Assembly (NCBI GenBank): GCA_965228895.1
Contig: OZ245842.1
Span: 3,584,001-3,648,000 of the forward strand
DNA length: 64,000 bases
Direction: 5' to 3'
Source of the DNA: Alphaproteobacteria bacterium
Lineage (GTDB): Bacteria; Pseudomonadota; Alphaproteobacteria; SP197
Within the stretch, counting starts at the first letter, position 1, and each line of letters starts with the position of its first letter. This document shows positions 20,413 to 29,906 of the stretch, piece after piece. Under the pieces are notes generated by a model, which worked only from the letters and a program-made list of their open reading frames with translations, made no database searches and was not told where the DNA came from. The translations under genes were made by a program, and so were the position numbers.

Positions 20413-22107
20413 ATGCAGATCGACGTCATCGACGACATCGCGACATTGAGGCGCCATGAGGCGGCGTGGCGCGTGGTCTATGAGTCCGACCCCGACGCCC
20501 AGTACTTCATGTCGTGGCCGTGGATGGCGAACTGGCTCGATCTGATCGATGACCAGTGGCTGGTGCTGGCCGCCAAAGAGGATGCCGCGTCGCCCTATAC
20601 CGGTTTCTTTCCGATCCAGCTGTGGTCGGAGTTCAACAAAGACATCGGTTTCCACAACACCATCCGGATGGGCGGCTGCTACTACGCCGGCTACACCGGC
20701 ATCTTGTGCGCAGCCGAGGACGAAGACCGTATCGTTCCGGCTTTCATGCACCGCCTTAAACAGCTCAACTGGCTTGCCATCAGTGTTGACCGTGTCGTCG
20801 CATCACCGCGGCGGATGGACCTCTTTCTTGGTGCGTTCGCACCGTCCGAGTTCGATGTCCAGGCCGCCGAACCCAAGCCAGACGAAAACGGTGTCGACTT
20901 CACGATCTACCCGTGCGTCGCACTGCCCGATGACTGGGAGACGTTCCTCAAAACGCATATGGGTCACACGACACGCAAGCATGCACGGCGGGCCATGCGG
21001 CTTGTCGATGGCGGCGAACTCAGCGTGACCCACGCGACGCCTGAGACCATCGACCGCGATCTCGACATCCTGCTCGGCCTTTGGAAGACAGCTTTCGAGA
21101 CCGTGAAGACAGAGGCCGCACTTGAGACCGAAATCAACCATCACCGCACCATGCTGCGGGCCTGTTTCGATGAAGGCGATGTCATGCTGCCGGTGCTGTG
21201 GCAAGGCGACAAGCCGATCGGCGCGCGGGCCCGCCTGCTGGATCGAAAGAACCGATCGATGATCTGCCTTGTCGGCGCCCGTGACCTGTCGGTCCGGCGC
21301 CCGCCGCCGGGCTTCATCGTTCATCTCTATTCGATCCGCTGGGGCATCGAGAACGGCTTCAAGACCTACGACCTGCAGCTCGGTGACTACAGCTACAAGT
21401 ACGATTTCGGGCCCGAGGAACGACGCATCATCAACCATGCTGTCGTGACAAAGAGCAAAAAGAACCTGCGCGGCAAGGTCGAGCCACGTTCGCTGCCGTA
21501 TGTCTTCGCCATGGTGCAGCGTTTCGCGGCAGGCGGCGACGTAGCCAACGCCGCGACGGGTTGCCGCCAGATCCAGCAGGTCGACCCCGACCACGCCGGC
21601 GCGGGCGAGTTGGTCGAAAAGATCGACGCGGCGGCCCAACCCACCGACGATCCGGTCGCCGACGCACGGCGCCTGGCCCAACAGGGCGCGTTCGACGACG
21701 CCGAAAAGATGCTGACCGAAATGCTGAACGACGACCCCAAGAACTTCGACGCTCGTTACGCCTTGGGCCTGACTTATCTTAAGCAAGGCGACAGCAAGAA
21801 CGCCGAACAGCACCTGAGACGCGCCATTGCGCTGAACGGCAAGGTCGCGTCAGCCTACTACAGCTACGGTAACACGTTGGCAGCACTCGGACGCCACGCC
21901 AAGGCGCTCAAGAGCTACAAAAAGGCGATCTCGCTCAGACCCGACTATCCGCAGGCCCACAACGCATGCGGCGAGACCCTTATGTTGCTTGGACGACGCG
22001 CCGAAGCGCTGAAGAGCTTCGATCAGGCGCTGGCAATTCAGCCCGGTTTCGCGCCGGCGCGCGATAACATCGACAGATTGACGAGTATCGACAGCCGGCG
22101 AAGGTAG
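20413..22107 (+). CDS. GNAT (CelD/BcsL-type, Acetyltransf_6) fused to C-terminal TPR repeats, paralogue 1
   Basis: FMSWPW; LPDDWETFL; PPGFIVHLYSIRWGIENGFKTYDLQLGDYSYKYDFG; several TPR units from about aa 410. Confidence 0.85.
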   Translation: MQIDVIDDIATLRRHEAAWRVVYESDPDAQYFMSWPWMANWLDLIDDQWLVLAAKEDAASPYTGFFPIQLWSEFNKDIGFHNTIRMGGCYYAGYTGILCAAEDEDRIVPAFMHRLKQLNWLAISVDRVVASPRRMDLFLGAFAPSEFDVQAAEPKPDENGVDFTIYPCVALPDDWETFLKTHMGHTTRKHARRAMRLVDGGELSVTHATPETIDRDLDILLGLWKTAFETVKTEAALETEINHHRTMLRACFDEGDVMLPVLWQGDKPIGARARLLDRKNRSMICLVGARDLSVRRPPPGFIVHLYSIRWGIENGFKTYDLQLGDYSYKYDFGPEERRIINHAVVTKSKKNLRGKVEPRSLPYVFAMVQRFAAGGDVANAATGCRQIQQVDPDHAGAGELVEKIDAAAQPTDDPVADARRLAQQGAFDDAEKMLTEMLNDDPKNFDARYALGLTYLKQGDSKNAEQHLRRAIALNGKVASAYYSYGNTLAALGRHAKALKSYKKAISLRPDYPQAHNACGETLMLLGRRAEALKSFDQALAIQPGFAPARDNIDRLTSIDSRRR

Positions 22108-22231
22108 GGTGATGGCACCCTCCTGATCCCAAGCTGCGGATCTTGCTGCACGGACCTGCGGGACTAGGCTTTGATATAGCGGAACCAATGCGCCAGGATG
22201 ATGTCGCCTGGTGACGAATTGGATGCAGCAC

Positions 22232-23944
22232 ATGTCGGATGCGGTTCAAGTCGATGTCATCGATGACATCAAGGCGCTTCGCTGTCAAAGGGACGCATGG
22301 GATGCAGTCTATCAGGCCGACCCCCAGGCTCACATCTTCCTGTCGTGGATTTGGCTGACGAATTGGCTCGATCTGGTCAGTGAGCCATGGATGGTACTCG
22401 CAGCCCGGCAGAAAAAGGAGGACGCGCCCTACTGCGCCTTCTTTCCTGTCCAGTTGTGGTCGGAACGCGATCAGGGTCCCGGCTTCATCAACACTGTGCG
22501 CATGGGCGGCATGCTCCTTGCCGGTTACTCCGGTGTCCTTTGCGACCCCCGCTTCGAAGCGGATGTCGTGCCGGCACTCACACGACGCCTTCTCGACTTC
22601 AATTGGGCAGGCCTTTATCTCACCAGCACGCGCATGTCGGAAGAACGGTATGCACTGCTGGTGACTGGTTTCGAACCGTCCTCGTTCCGTGTCATCCAGC
22701 AGCCGCCGCTTATCGACGAAAACGGAATCGACAAGTCGGTGAACTGTTACGTCGAGCTTCCGGCTGACTGGGAGACATTTCTGTCGCAGAATCTAGGGTC
22801 GAAAATGCGCGCACACGCGCGCCGCTACATGAGGCATCTGGAGTCTGGAGAGCTTCGCGTGACGCACACAACGGCCGAGACGTTGGGTGGCGATCTCGAT
22901 ACACTCTACCGATTCTGGGAAGATAGATGGGGTTCAATCAAGTCCGACCAAAATCTCGCCTATAGTGTCCGCTATGGACGCACCATGATCGAACGCTGTT
23001 TCCGCGAAGACGCCGTTCTCATCATGACTCTTTGGCATGGCGAAGAACCCGTGGGCGTCCAGATGAAGTATCTGGATTTCGTCAACAAGACGATCATCTG
23101 CAACATTGACGGCCGCGACCTAGACTTTCGTCGGCCTTCACCGGGCCTGGTCCTTCACTTCTACGCAATTCGTTGGGCAATCGAAAACGGATACCAGACC
23201 TACGACTTGCAGCTTGGCTCCGATGCCTACAAGTACGACCTTGGTGCGATTGATCGCAGGTTGGCCAACACAATCATCGCGACAAGAAACAACAAGAACC
23301 GGCGTGATCGCCTTGACCCGCGATCTCTCGACAGCGTTCTGCTCCTTTCACAACACGCTGCGACGACCGGTGACTTCGACAATGCCAAGGTTGGATGCGC
23401 GCAGATACTTCAGGTCGACCCGAAGCACGCCGGCGCCCGCGACCTGCTCAGCAAGGTCGACGACGCGCTGGCCGCAACAGTCAAGAAACGGATCATCGAA
23501 GCACAGCAGTTGGTACGGCAAGGGGCCATTGACCAGGCTATCGGAGTATTTGAAGACGTTCTCGCAGCCGAACCGAAGAACTACGACGCGCGACTCATGG
23601 TCGGGCTTGTTTACCTGCATCAAGGCAACGCGACCGCCGCTGAAAAGCACATCCGCCAAGCTCTCGTCATCAACGCGAAGGCGGCTCCCGCCCACTTCAA
23701 CTACGGCATGGCGCTGCGCGGCCTTGGACGTGGCGCAAAGGCGCTTAAGAGTTTCAAGAAAGCAATTTCGCTGAAACCCGATTACGTCGAAGCGCACAAT
23801 GCCAGTGGTGAAGTTCTGGCGTCCACGGGCCGACACGCGGAGGCGCTGAAGTGCTTCGACAAGGCGATCTCGCTTCAGCCTGGCTACGCACTCGCGCGCC
23901 AGAACCGCGACCGTGTCGCACCACTCGTCAAACGGCAGCGCTAG
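22232..23944 (+). CDS. GNAT (CelD/BcsL-type) fused to C-terminal TPR repeats, paralogue 2
   Basis: FLSWIW; LPADWETFL; SPGLVLHFYAIRWAIENGYQTYDLQLGSDAYKYDLG; TPRs; colinear with 20413-22107. Confidence 0.85.
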   Translation: MSDAVQVDVIDDIKALRCQRDAWDAVYQADPQAHIFLSWIWLTNWLDLVSEPWMVLAARQKKEDAPYCAFFPVQLWSERDQGPGFINTVRMGGMLLAGYSGVLCDPRFEADVVPALTRRLLDFNWAGLYLTSTRMSEERYALLVTGFEPSSFRVIQQPPLIDENGIDKSVNCYVELPADWETFLSQNLGSKMRAHARRYMRHLESGELRVTHTTAETLGGDLDTLYRFWEDRWGSIKSDQNLAYSVRYGRTMIERCFREDAVLIMTLWHGEEPVGVQMKYLDFVNKTIICNIDGRDLDFRRPSPGLVLHFYAIRWAIENGYQTYDLQLGSDAYKYDLGAIDRRLANTIIATRNNKNRRDRLDPRSLDSVLLLSQHAATTGDFDNAKVGCAQILQVDPKHAGARDLLSKVDDALAATVKKRIIEAQQLVRQGAIDQAIGVFEDVLAAEPKNYDARLMVGLVYLHQGNATAAEKHIRQALVINAKAAPAHFNYGMALRGLGRGAKALKSFKKAISLKPDYVEAHNASGEVLASTGRHAEALKCFDKAISLQPGYALARQNRDRVAPLVKRQR

Positions 23945-23962
23945 ATAGTTGAGCGATTACAC

Positions 23963-24997
23963 CTAACTTACGGCCAGCAGTTCTCGCGCCCGTTTCGCGA
24001 TGCCGTCAGCGTCCAGCTCATAGTGCGCATAAAGCGCTGCCGGCGGACCGATCAGGGCGTAAGTGTCGTCGATGCCGTGGCGGGTGAAGGGAACGCGGTC
24101 CATCTCGACCAGCACCTCGGCGACCGCGCTACCCAGGCCGCCGATCACGTTGTGCTCCTCAACGGTCATGACGGCGCCGGTCTCGGCGGCTGCTGCGGCG
24201 ATGGCGTCGCGGTCGAGAGGTTTGATCGTGTGCATGTCGAGCACGCGCACGGATAGGCCATCGGCTTCCAACATAGCTGCCGCTTCCAACGACGGATGTA
24301 CCTCTGAGCCCGTGGCGATAAGCGTCAGGTCCCTGCCATCCCGCAACGTAATCGCCTTGCCGAACACGAGGTCGTCCGGCACGGTCTCGTAGACATCGGG
24401 ATCGCGGCCACGGCCAAGGCGGATATACATGGCGCCCGGATGATCGACGGACTTGCGCAGCACCGCGCGCAGGTGGTTGGCGTCGGTCGCGCACACCACA
24501 GTCAGCCCGGCGATCGTGCGCATCATGCCCAGATCCTCGGTCGCGTGATGGCTGGTGCCGTAAAAGCCCATGGAGATGCCGGAGTGATGGCCGACCGCGC
24601 GCACGGGCATTTCGGGATAGGCACAGTCGGTGCGGATCTGTTCGGCGCACAGGATGGCGCAAAAGGCCGCGAACGTCGCGGCATAGGGAATCTGGCCGGA
24701 TGCCGCCATGCCGGCCGCCGCCGTTATCATGTTCTTTTCCGCGATTCCGAAATCGAAGTAGCGCTCGGGGTGGCGCGCCTGGAACTCGGTCGTGCGGTTG
24801 GCGGTCGCAAGATCGGCGGTCAACACCACAATGCGCGGATCCTTGTCGGCCAGCGCCGCCAGTTCGTCGCCCAAAACGAACGCCGGCAGGCGCGAGGCCG
24901 GTGTGCCTTTGGTCGATTCACTTTCGCTGAGCTCGGCGATGCCGGTAAAGATATCGCTCTGGTTTTGGCCGCTGTCGTAGTCCGGGCGCCCGCTCAT
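23963..24997 (-). CDS. Split transketolase, C-terminal (pyrimidine-binding) subunit
   Basis: GIAEKNM, EQIRTD, GTSHHATED, YIRLGRG, TVEEHNVIGGLG. Confidence 0.92.
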   Translation of the reverse strand: MSGRPDYDSGQNQSDIFTGIAELSESESTKGTPASRLPAFVLGDELAALADKDPRIVVLTADLATANRTTEFQARHPERYFDFGIAEKNMITAAAGMAASGQIPYAATFAAFCAILCAEQIRTDCAYPEMPVRAVGHHSGISMGFYGTSHHATEDLGMMRTIAGLTVVCATDANHLRAVLRKSVDHPGAMYIRLGRGRDPDVYETVPDDLVFGKAITLRDGRDLTLIATGSEVHPSLEAAAMLEADGLSVRVLDMHTIKPLDRDAIAAAAAETGAVMTVEEHNVIGGLGSAVAEVLVEMDRVPFTRHGIDDTYALIGPPAALYAHYELDADGIAKRARELLAVS

Positions 24998-25878
24998 ACC
25001 CCGCCTCCGTGACCGATGACGGTGTCGGGCCCCAACTGGATCTCCTTGACCACGGCGTCATAGTCGCGCCCGACCAGATTGCCGACGTGCCAATTCAAGC
25101 TCATCTCCATCATCTTGACGCCGCGTCCCTTGATCGTGTCGGCGATGATCATCTGGGGTTTGCCCTCGCCCGGCGGTTTGAGTTTGCCGAAGGCTTCCAG
25201 GATCGCCGGGAGGTCATGGCCGTCGATGCGCTGGACATCCCAGCCGAACGACGCGAAGCGCTGCTCCAACGGCTCGACGCTCATGATCTCTTCGGTGTGG
25301 CCGTCGATGCACAGACCGTTGCGGTCGACGATACCGATCAGCGACTCCAGGCCGAAGTGCCCGGCCGCCATCGCGGCCTCCCATACCTGGCCCTCGTTCA
25401 GTTCGCCGTCACCCAGCATGCAGAAGACCCGGTGCGAGCGGTCTTGAACACGCGCGGCCAGCGCCATGCCGACGGCGACCGATAGCCCGTGACCCAGCGA
25501 GCCCGAGCTGAAATCCGTGCCGGGGATCTTCTTCATGTCGGGATGATCACCGAACGGCGAACCCAACCGCGTGTATTCGTCCAGCAACGCCTTATCGAAG
25601 AATCCCAGATCGGCCAGGATCGGATAGAGTCCGATCGCCGCATGGCCTTTGCTCAGGATGAACCGGTCGCGGTCCGGCCAATCGGGCTCGTGCGGCCGGA
25701 TCTTGAGTTCGGCGTAATAGAGCGCGGCGAACAGTTCGGCTGCCGAAAAGGTGCTGGAGTAGTGTCCGGCGCCGGCGATCTTGGTCAAACGCACGGTTTC
25801 CAGGCGCACGAACTTAGCGCGATCGGCCAGAAAGGCCTCAGTCACGTTGCGTCCGTTCTCTCGCGAAACCGCCGTCAT
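24994..25878 (-). CDS. Split transketolase, N-terminal (ThDP-binding) subunit
   Basis: DRFILSKGH, SGSLGHG, GDGELNEG...DRN ThDP motif, TIKGRG; ATGA overlap with the C-terminal subunit gene. Confidence 0.92.
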   Translation of the reverse strand: MTAVSRENGRNVTEAFLADRAKFVRLETVRLTKIAGAGHYSSTFSAAELFAALYYAELKIRPHEPDWPDRDRFILSKGHAAIGLYPILADLGFFDKALLDEYTRLGSPFGDHPDMKKIPGTDFSSGSLGHGLSVAVGMALAARVQDRSHRVFCMLGDGELNEGQVWEAAMAAGHFGLESLIGIVDRNGLCIDGHTEEIMSVEPLEQRFASFGWDVQRIDGHDLPAILEAFGKLKPPGEGKPQMIIADTIKGRGVKMMEMSLNWHVGNLVGRDYDAVVKEIQLGPDTVIGHGGGV

Positions 25879-26084
25879 CGTGTATCCTCGCATTTGTACG
25901 CGTTCTGGAAGGTGAGCTTAATGCTGCCGGCCGGCGCAATCCAGAGAGGAAAGTCGAGTTTCCTCGGTTTTCTTGTGATCACGGCCGCAAAGTGTTTCAA
26001 GGATGTAACGGTGGCTTGTCGGGCACCGCACCGGCGCATAGTTATGTGGCCAACGCAGATCGTTCCCGAAAAAGGAGACCGCGT

Positions 26085-26894
26085 GTGATCGACGTGAAAA
26101 GGGTTCAGACCGCGACTGGCTTGGAGTTTGAGGTTGCATGTTGCGGTGACTTGGAAAAGCCCATCGTCATGCTGCATGGCTACGGCGACAGTTGGTATTC
26201 CTTCAACGGTATGCTTGAGGCCCTGCCCGACGACAAATCGGCGGTCGCGATCACCCAGCGGGGCCATGGCAACAGCGCCAAACCCGAGGACGGTTACTCG
26301 ATTCAACAGTACGCTCGCGACGCCATGGGCGTTCTCGATGCTCTTGGCGTTGCCGAGGCGCCGATCGTCGGTCATTCCATGGGAACGTTCATCGCTCAAG
26401 AGATTGCCCTCACGGCACCGTCCAGGGTCTCTCACCTCATCTTGATCGCTTCTGCGGTGACCGCGGACAACGACGTCGTGGTCGGCCTCGCCGAAGAAAC
26501 GGCAAAACTGGGCGATCCAGTGCCCCGGGCCTTTGTCCACGAGTTCCAAGCCGGCACCTGTGCCAACCCCCTGGGCCCCGGTATGGCGCTCGACCAAATT
26601 GTCGATGAAAGCATGTTGTTGCCGGCGCGAGTCTGGCGCGATGCCTTGCAAGGCCTGCTCGCCTATCGGCCCAGAGACGTCGATCCGGAGCTATCGTCGA
26701 TCGACTGTCCGACGCTTATCCTGTGGGGCGACGAAGACGCATTGTTCCTTGTTGATGAGCAATCACGGCTCAACCAGAAAATCGACGGTTCTGAACTGAT
26801 GATCTACGAAGGCGTCGGGCACGGCCTCCAGTGGGAAGCCCCGGTCGAGGCGACAACCGATACGTTGTCGTTCATGGCGCGTCGCGGCGGTTAA
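26085..26894 (+). CDS. Alpha/beta fold hydrolase
   Basis: LHGYGDS, RGHGNS, GHSMG nucleophile, WGDED, GVGH; RBS AAGGAG. Confidence 0.9.
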   Translation: MIDVKRVQTATGLEFEVACCGDLEKPIVMLHGYGDSWYSFNGMLEALPDDKSAVAITQRGHGNSAKPEDGYSIQQYARDAMGVLDALGVAEAPIVGHSMGTFIAQEIALTAPSRVSHLILIASAVTADNDVVVGLAEETAKLGDPVPRAFVHEFQAGTCANPLGPGMALDQIVDESMLLPARVWRDALQGLLAYRPRDVDPELSSIDCPTLILWGDEDALFLVDEQSRLNQKIDGSELMIYEGVGHGLQWEAPVEATTDTLSFMARRGG

Positions 26895-27759
26895 ACGAAG
26901 ACAACTGTTTACGCGACAGCCAGAATCCGGGACCGGCGTACCAGACTTGACGCTTGGCACTCTCCGGCGGTCCGCCACGATGCAGTGAGGAAATCGGGAT
27001 TGGTTTGCCCCTTAGGCGCTTCAGCGCCTTGCCCAGCCGTTCGCCCGCCTCCTCATCGCGGCCGACAAACGGCACGAAACCGGCCGGGCCGAGCGCCTGG
27101 GCCTCAAACCCAGCCTCCGTGCGCGTGGCCAGCAGCATGAATCCCCACCAGTTCGTCGCGGTCAGCCCGACCAGAAGCCTGCCGCCGACCGCGAGCCGGT
27201 CGAGCCAAAGGGGCACGGGATGGGTAACACCGGCAAACGCGACCACAAGGTCGACCTCGCCCGGATCAAATGTCGCGCCGTCACCCTGCACCAGATCGAT
27301 CTGCGACCACGGCGACGTGTTCTCGGCCGCCTGCGCGGCAAGGTTGGCATCGTACTCGACCGCCGTCACGCGGCCCTGTCTGCCAACCAGTTCGGCCAGG
27401 ATTGCGGTGTAGTAACCGGTGCCGGCGCCGACCTGAAACACACGCTCGCCGGGGCGAAGGTTGAGCTGGTCGAACATATAGGCCCACAGACTAGGCTGGC
27501 CGTTGTTGATATCCTGCGCTTCGTCCAGCGGCACGAGGACATCGTGATAGACCCGGCGCGGGTCGGCATCCGGCGTCACGTACTTCATGTCGGAACGCGG
27601 TCCCGGCAGGATGGTCCACGGTCCCGGCCCCAGGAACCGTTCGCGCGGCACGGTGGCAAATGCCTCGACCACCGACTCATTACGCAGGACCGGCGACGTC
27701 GCACGCAATTCCTCGGCATAGGCGCGGCGCGCCGCAACAATCTGGTCCTGGTTCGCCAT
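26872..27759 (-). CDS. Protein-L-isoaspartate O-methyltransferase-like protein with C-terminal extension
   Basis: AFATVPRERF, INNGQPS, VGAGTGYYTAILAELVG, GDG, GGRL. Confidence 0.85.
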   Translation of the reverse strand: MANQDQIVAARRAYAEELRATSPVLRNESVVEAFATVPRERFLGPGPWTILPGPRSDMKYVTPDADPRRVYHDVLVPLDEAQDINNGQPSLWAYMFDQLNLRPGERVFQVGAGTGYYTAILAELVGRQGRVTAVEYDANLAAQAAENTSPWSQIDLVQGDGATFDPGEVDLVVAFAGVTHPVPLWLDRLAVGGRLLVGLTATNWWGFMLLATRTEAGFEAQALGPAGFVPFVGRDEEAGERLGKALKRLRGKPIPISSLHRGGPPESAKRQVWYAGPGFWLSRKQLSSFNRRDAP

Positions 27760-28024
27760 GACGGTTCCCGAACAGCGTGTGGCCGACAACCATAGGAATT
27801 GCCACCGTGCCGCGCCAGCGAAGCTTGCTACCGTCCGTCCGGGTTGTTGGGGCGGCGGACGATAAACTGGATTTCCTCTCGCGCCACCCACAGTACGGCC
27901 GATCTTGATCGCCTGTCAGTGGCCGCTCATGACCCGGACATGGCCTTCCCCATCGAATGGACTTGCCGCCTGCGCGGCTATAAAATCGCTTTCCCACGAT
28001 CATGTCCGGCGGGAAACCGGCAGT

Positions 28025-29800
28025 ATGGTGGAAGAACGGGTAGAACGACGACTTGCGGTCATCCTTGCCGCGGACGTGGCCGGGTACAGCCGACTCATGG
28101 ATGTGGACGAGGAAGCGACGCTGCGAACGCTCATGGCCCATCGCCGGATCATCGATGGGCTGGTCAGTGGCTACGGCGGGCGTGTGTTCGGTTCCGCCCG
28201 GCGACAGCGTGATTGCCGAGTTCTCCAGCCCAGTCGAGGCGGTGCGCTGCGCCGTCGACATTCAGCAGAATCTCGAACAGAGCAATACCGACCTGCCGGA
28301 CGATCGGCTGATGCGCTTTCGAATCGGCATCAACCTGGGGCGACGTCATGGTCGAGGGCGATGACCTGCTCGGCGACGGCGTCAACGTGGCGTCGCGATT
28401 GGAGGGCCTGGCCGATGCCGGCGGCATTTGCATCAGCGGAACGGTCTACGATCAGGTCGCGGGCAAGATTGCGCAAGCGTTCGACTTCATGGGCGAGCAA
28501 ACGCTTAAGAACATCGAGGGTCAGGTTCGCGCCTACCGCGTTTCAGTCGACCCGGCAACGACGGTGGCCTCTGACGCGTCACACGCTTCATCGGCGCTGG
28601 AGTTCGCGCCGCCCGACCGGCCCTCCATCGCGATCATCCCGTTCAAGAGTTTGGCGAGTGACGCTGACAAAGACTACATCGCCGACGGGATCAGGCTCGG
28701 GATTTCGGCGACGTTGACGCAGCTTTCCGGCTTGTTCCTCGTCCACGCACCCGCGCTCAACGTCTACCGTGGCAAGGATGTCTCCGCCTCGTTGGTGGGC
28801 AGCGAGGTGGGCGCGCGCTACATCTTGGAAGGCGCGGTCCAGCAAGCCGGCAATCGCGTCCGGGTGACGGTGCAGCTCACCGATACTCACACCGAACGAA
28901 CCATCCTGGCCGAACGCTATGATCGCGTTCTCGTCGATATCTTCGTGCTTCAAGACGAGATTACCAGAGAGGTCATCTCGTCGCTCAACATCAAACTCGC
29001 GACCAACGAACGAAACAGGGTTTGGTTCGCGAAGCTGACGAGCCCCGAAGCGGTGGAGTACTACTATCGCGGCGCCAGCCAACTTCTACGAGCTCAACAA
29101 AGACGACAACGCGACCGCGCGAGAATTGTTCGAGCAGCTTTACCGGGTCCAGCCCGACTCGGTGGTGGGGCCGAGCTATGTCTCCGTGACACACTGGATG
29201 GATGCATTCTTCGACTGGACGGAACCGACGGCCGGATCCATGGAACAGGCGGCCGCCTGGGCGAAGAAGGCCATGGCGTACGAGGACAACAACGGCATCG
29301 GCCATGCCGTCTTCGGCCACCTGCAGCTTCTCGACGGCAACTATGATGAAGCGCTCGCCACCTGTTCCAGCGGCGCCAAGCTCCGTTCCAGTTGCCCGCT
29401 GGCGCACGGACTTCTGGGCCTTGTGCTCAACTACTGCGGCGATTCAAGGTCGGCGGTCAAAAGTGTCAAGGAGGCCCTGCAACTGGAGAAGGTCTATCCG
29501 GTCTGGCTGATCGACATCCTTGCGGTCGCCTACCGGGATTGCGGCGACGTCGAACTTTCGATACCCGCGGCTAAGGAGTCCCTGCGGCTCAACCCGCAGA
29601 ACAACGACGCTAGGCTGATCCTGTGCAGCGATTACAAACTCGCGGCCAACCATGAGCAGGCCCGTCGATTGGCCGACGACATCATCGCCAGCGACCCCGG
29701 GTTCCGCCTGTCCAACTATGCCAAGAGTCAGCCCTACAGGGACCCCGAGCCCCTCGATCGTCTAATAGACGTGCTTCGCGAAGCCGGCCTTCCGGACTGA
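28025..29800 (+). pseudogene. Adenylate/guanylate cyclase-TolB-like-TPR gene split by three +1 frameshifts (pseudogene or sequencing error)
   Basis: RRLAVILAADVAGYS, GDSVIAEF...FRIGINLG, GDGVNVASRLE...PSIAIIPF and TPRs lie in successive frames; extra bases at 28197-28199 (CCC), 28337-28340 (GGGG) and 29079-29082 (CCAA). Confidence 0.88.
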
Positions 29801-29906
29801 CCACCGCCGATTGCAGCGGGATCCGCCTTGGGACCGACGCCGGCGATGCGGCGCCAGAGAAGCTTGTTATAGTCCGCCCGGTTTGTGCGGGCGGAGGAAC
29901 ATATCC

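Noticed and set aside
27760-28024. RiPP precursor ORF next to the atypical PIMT
   Set aside because: No short ORF with a convincing RBS and precursor-like composition
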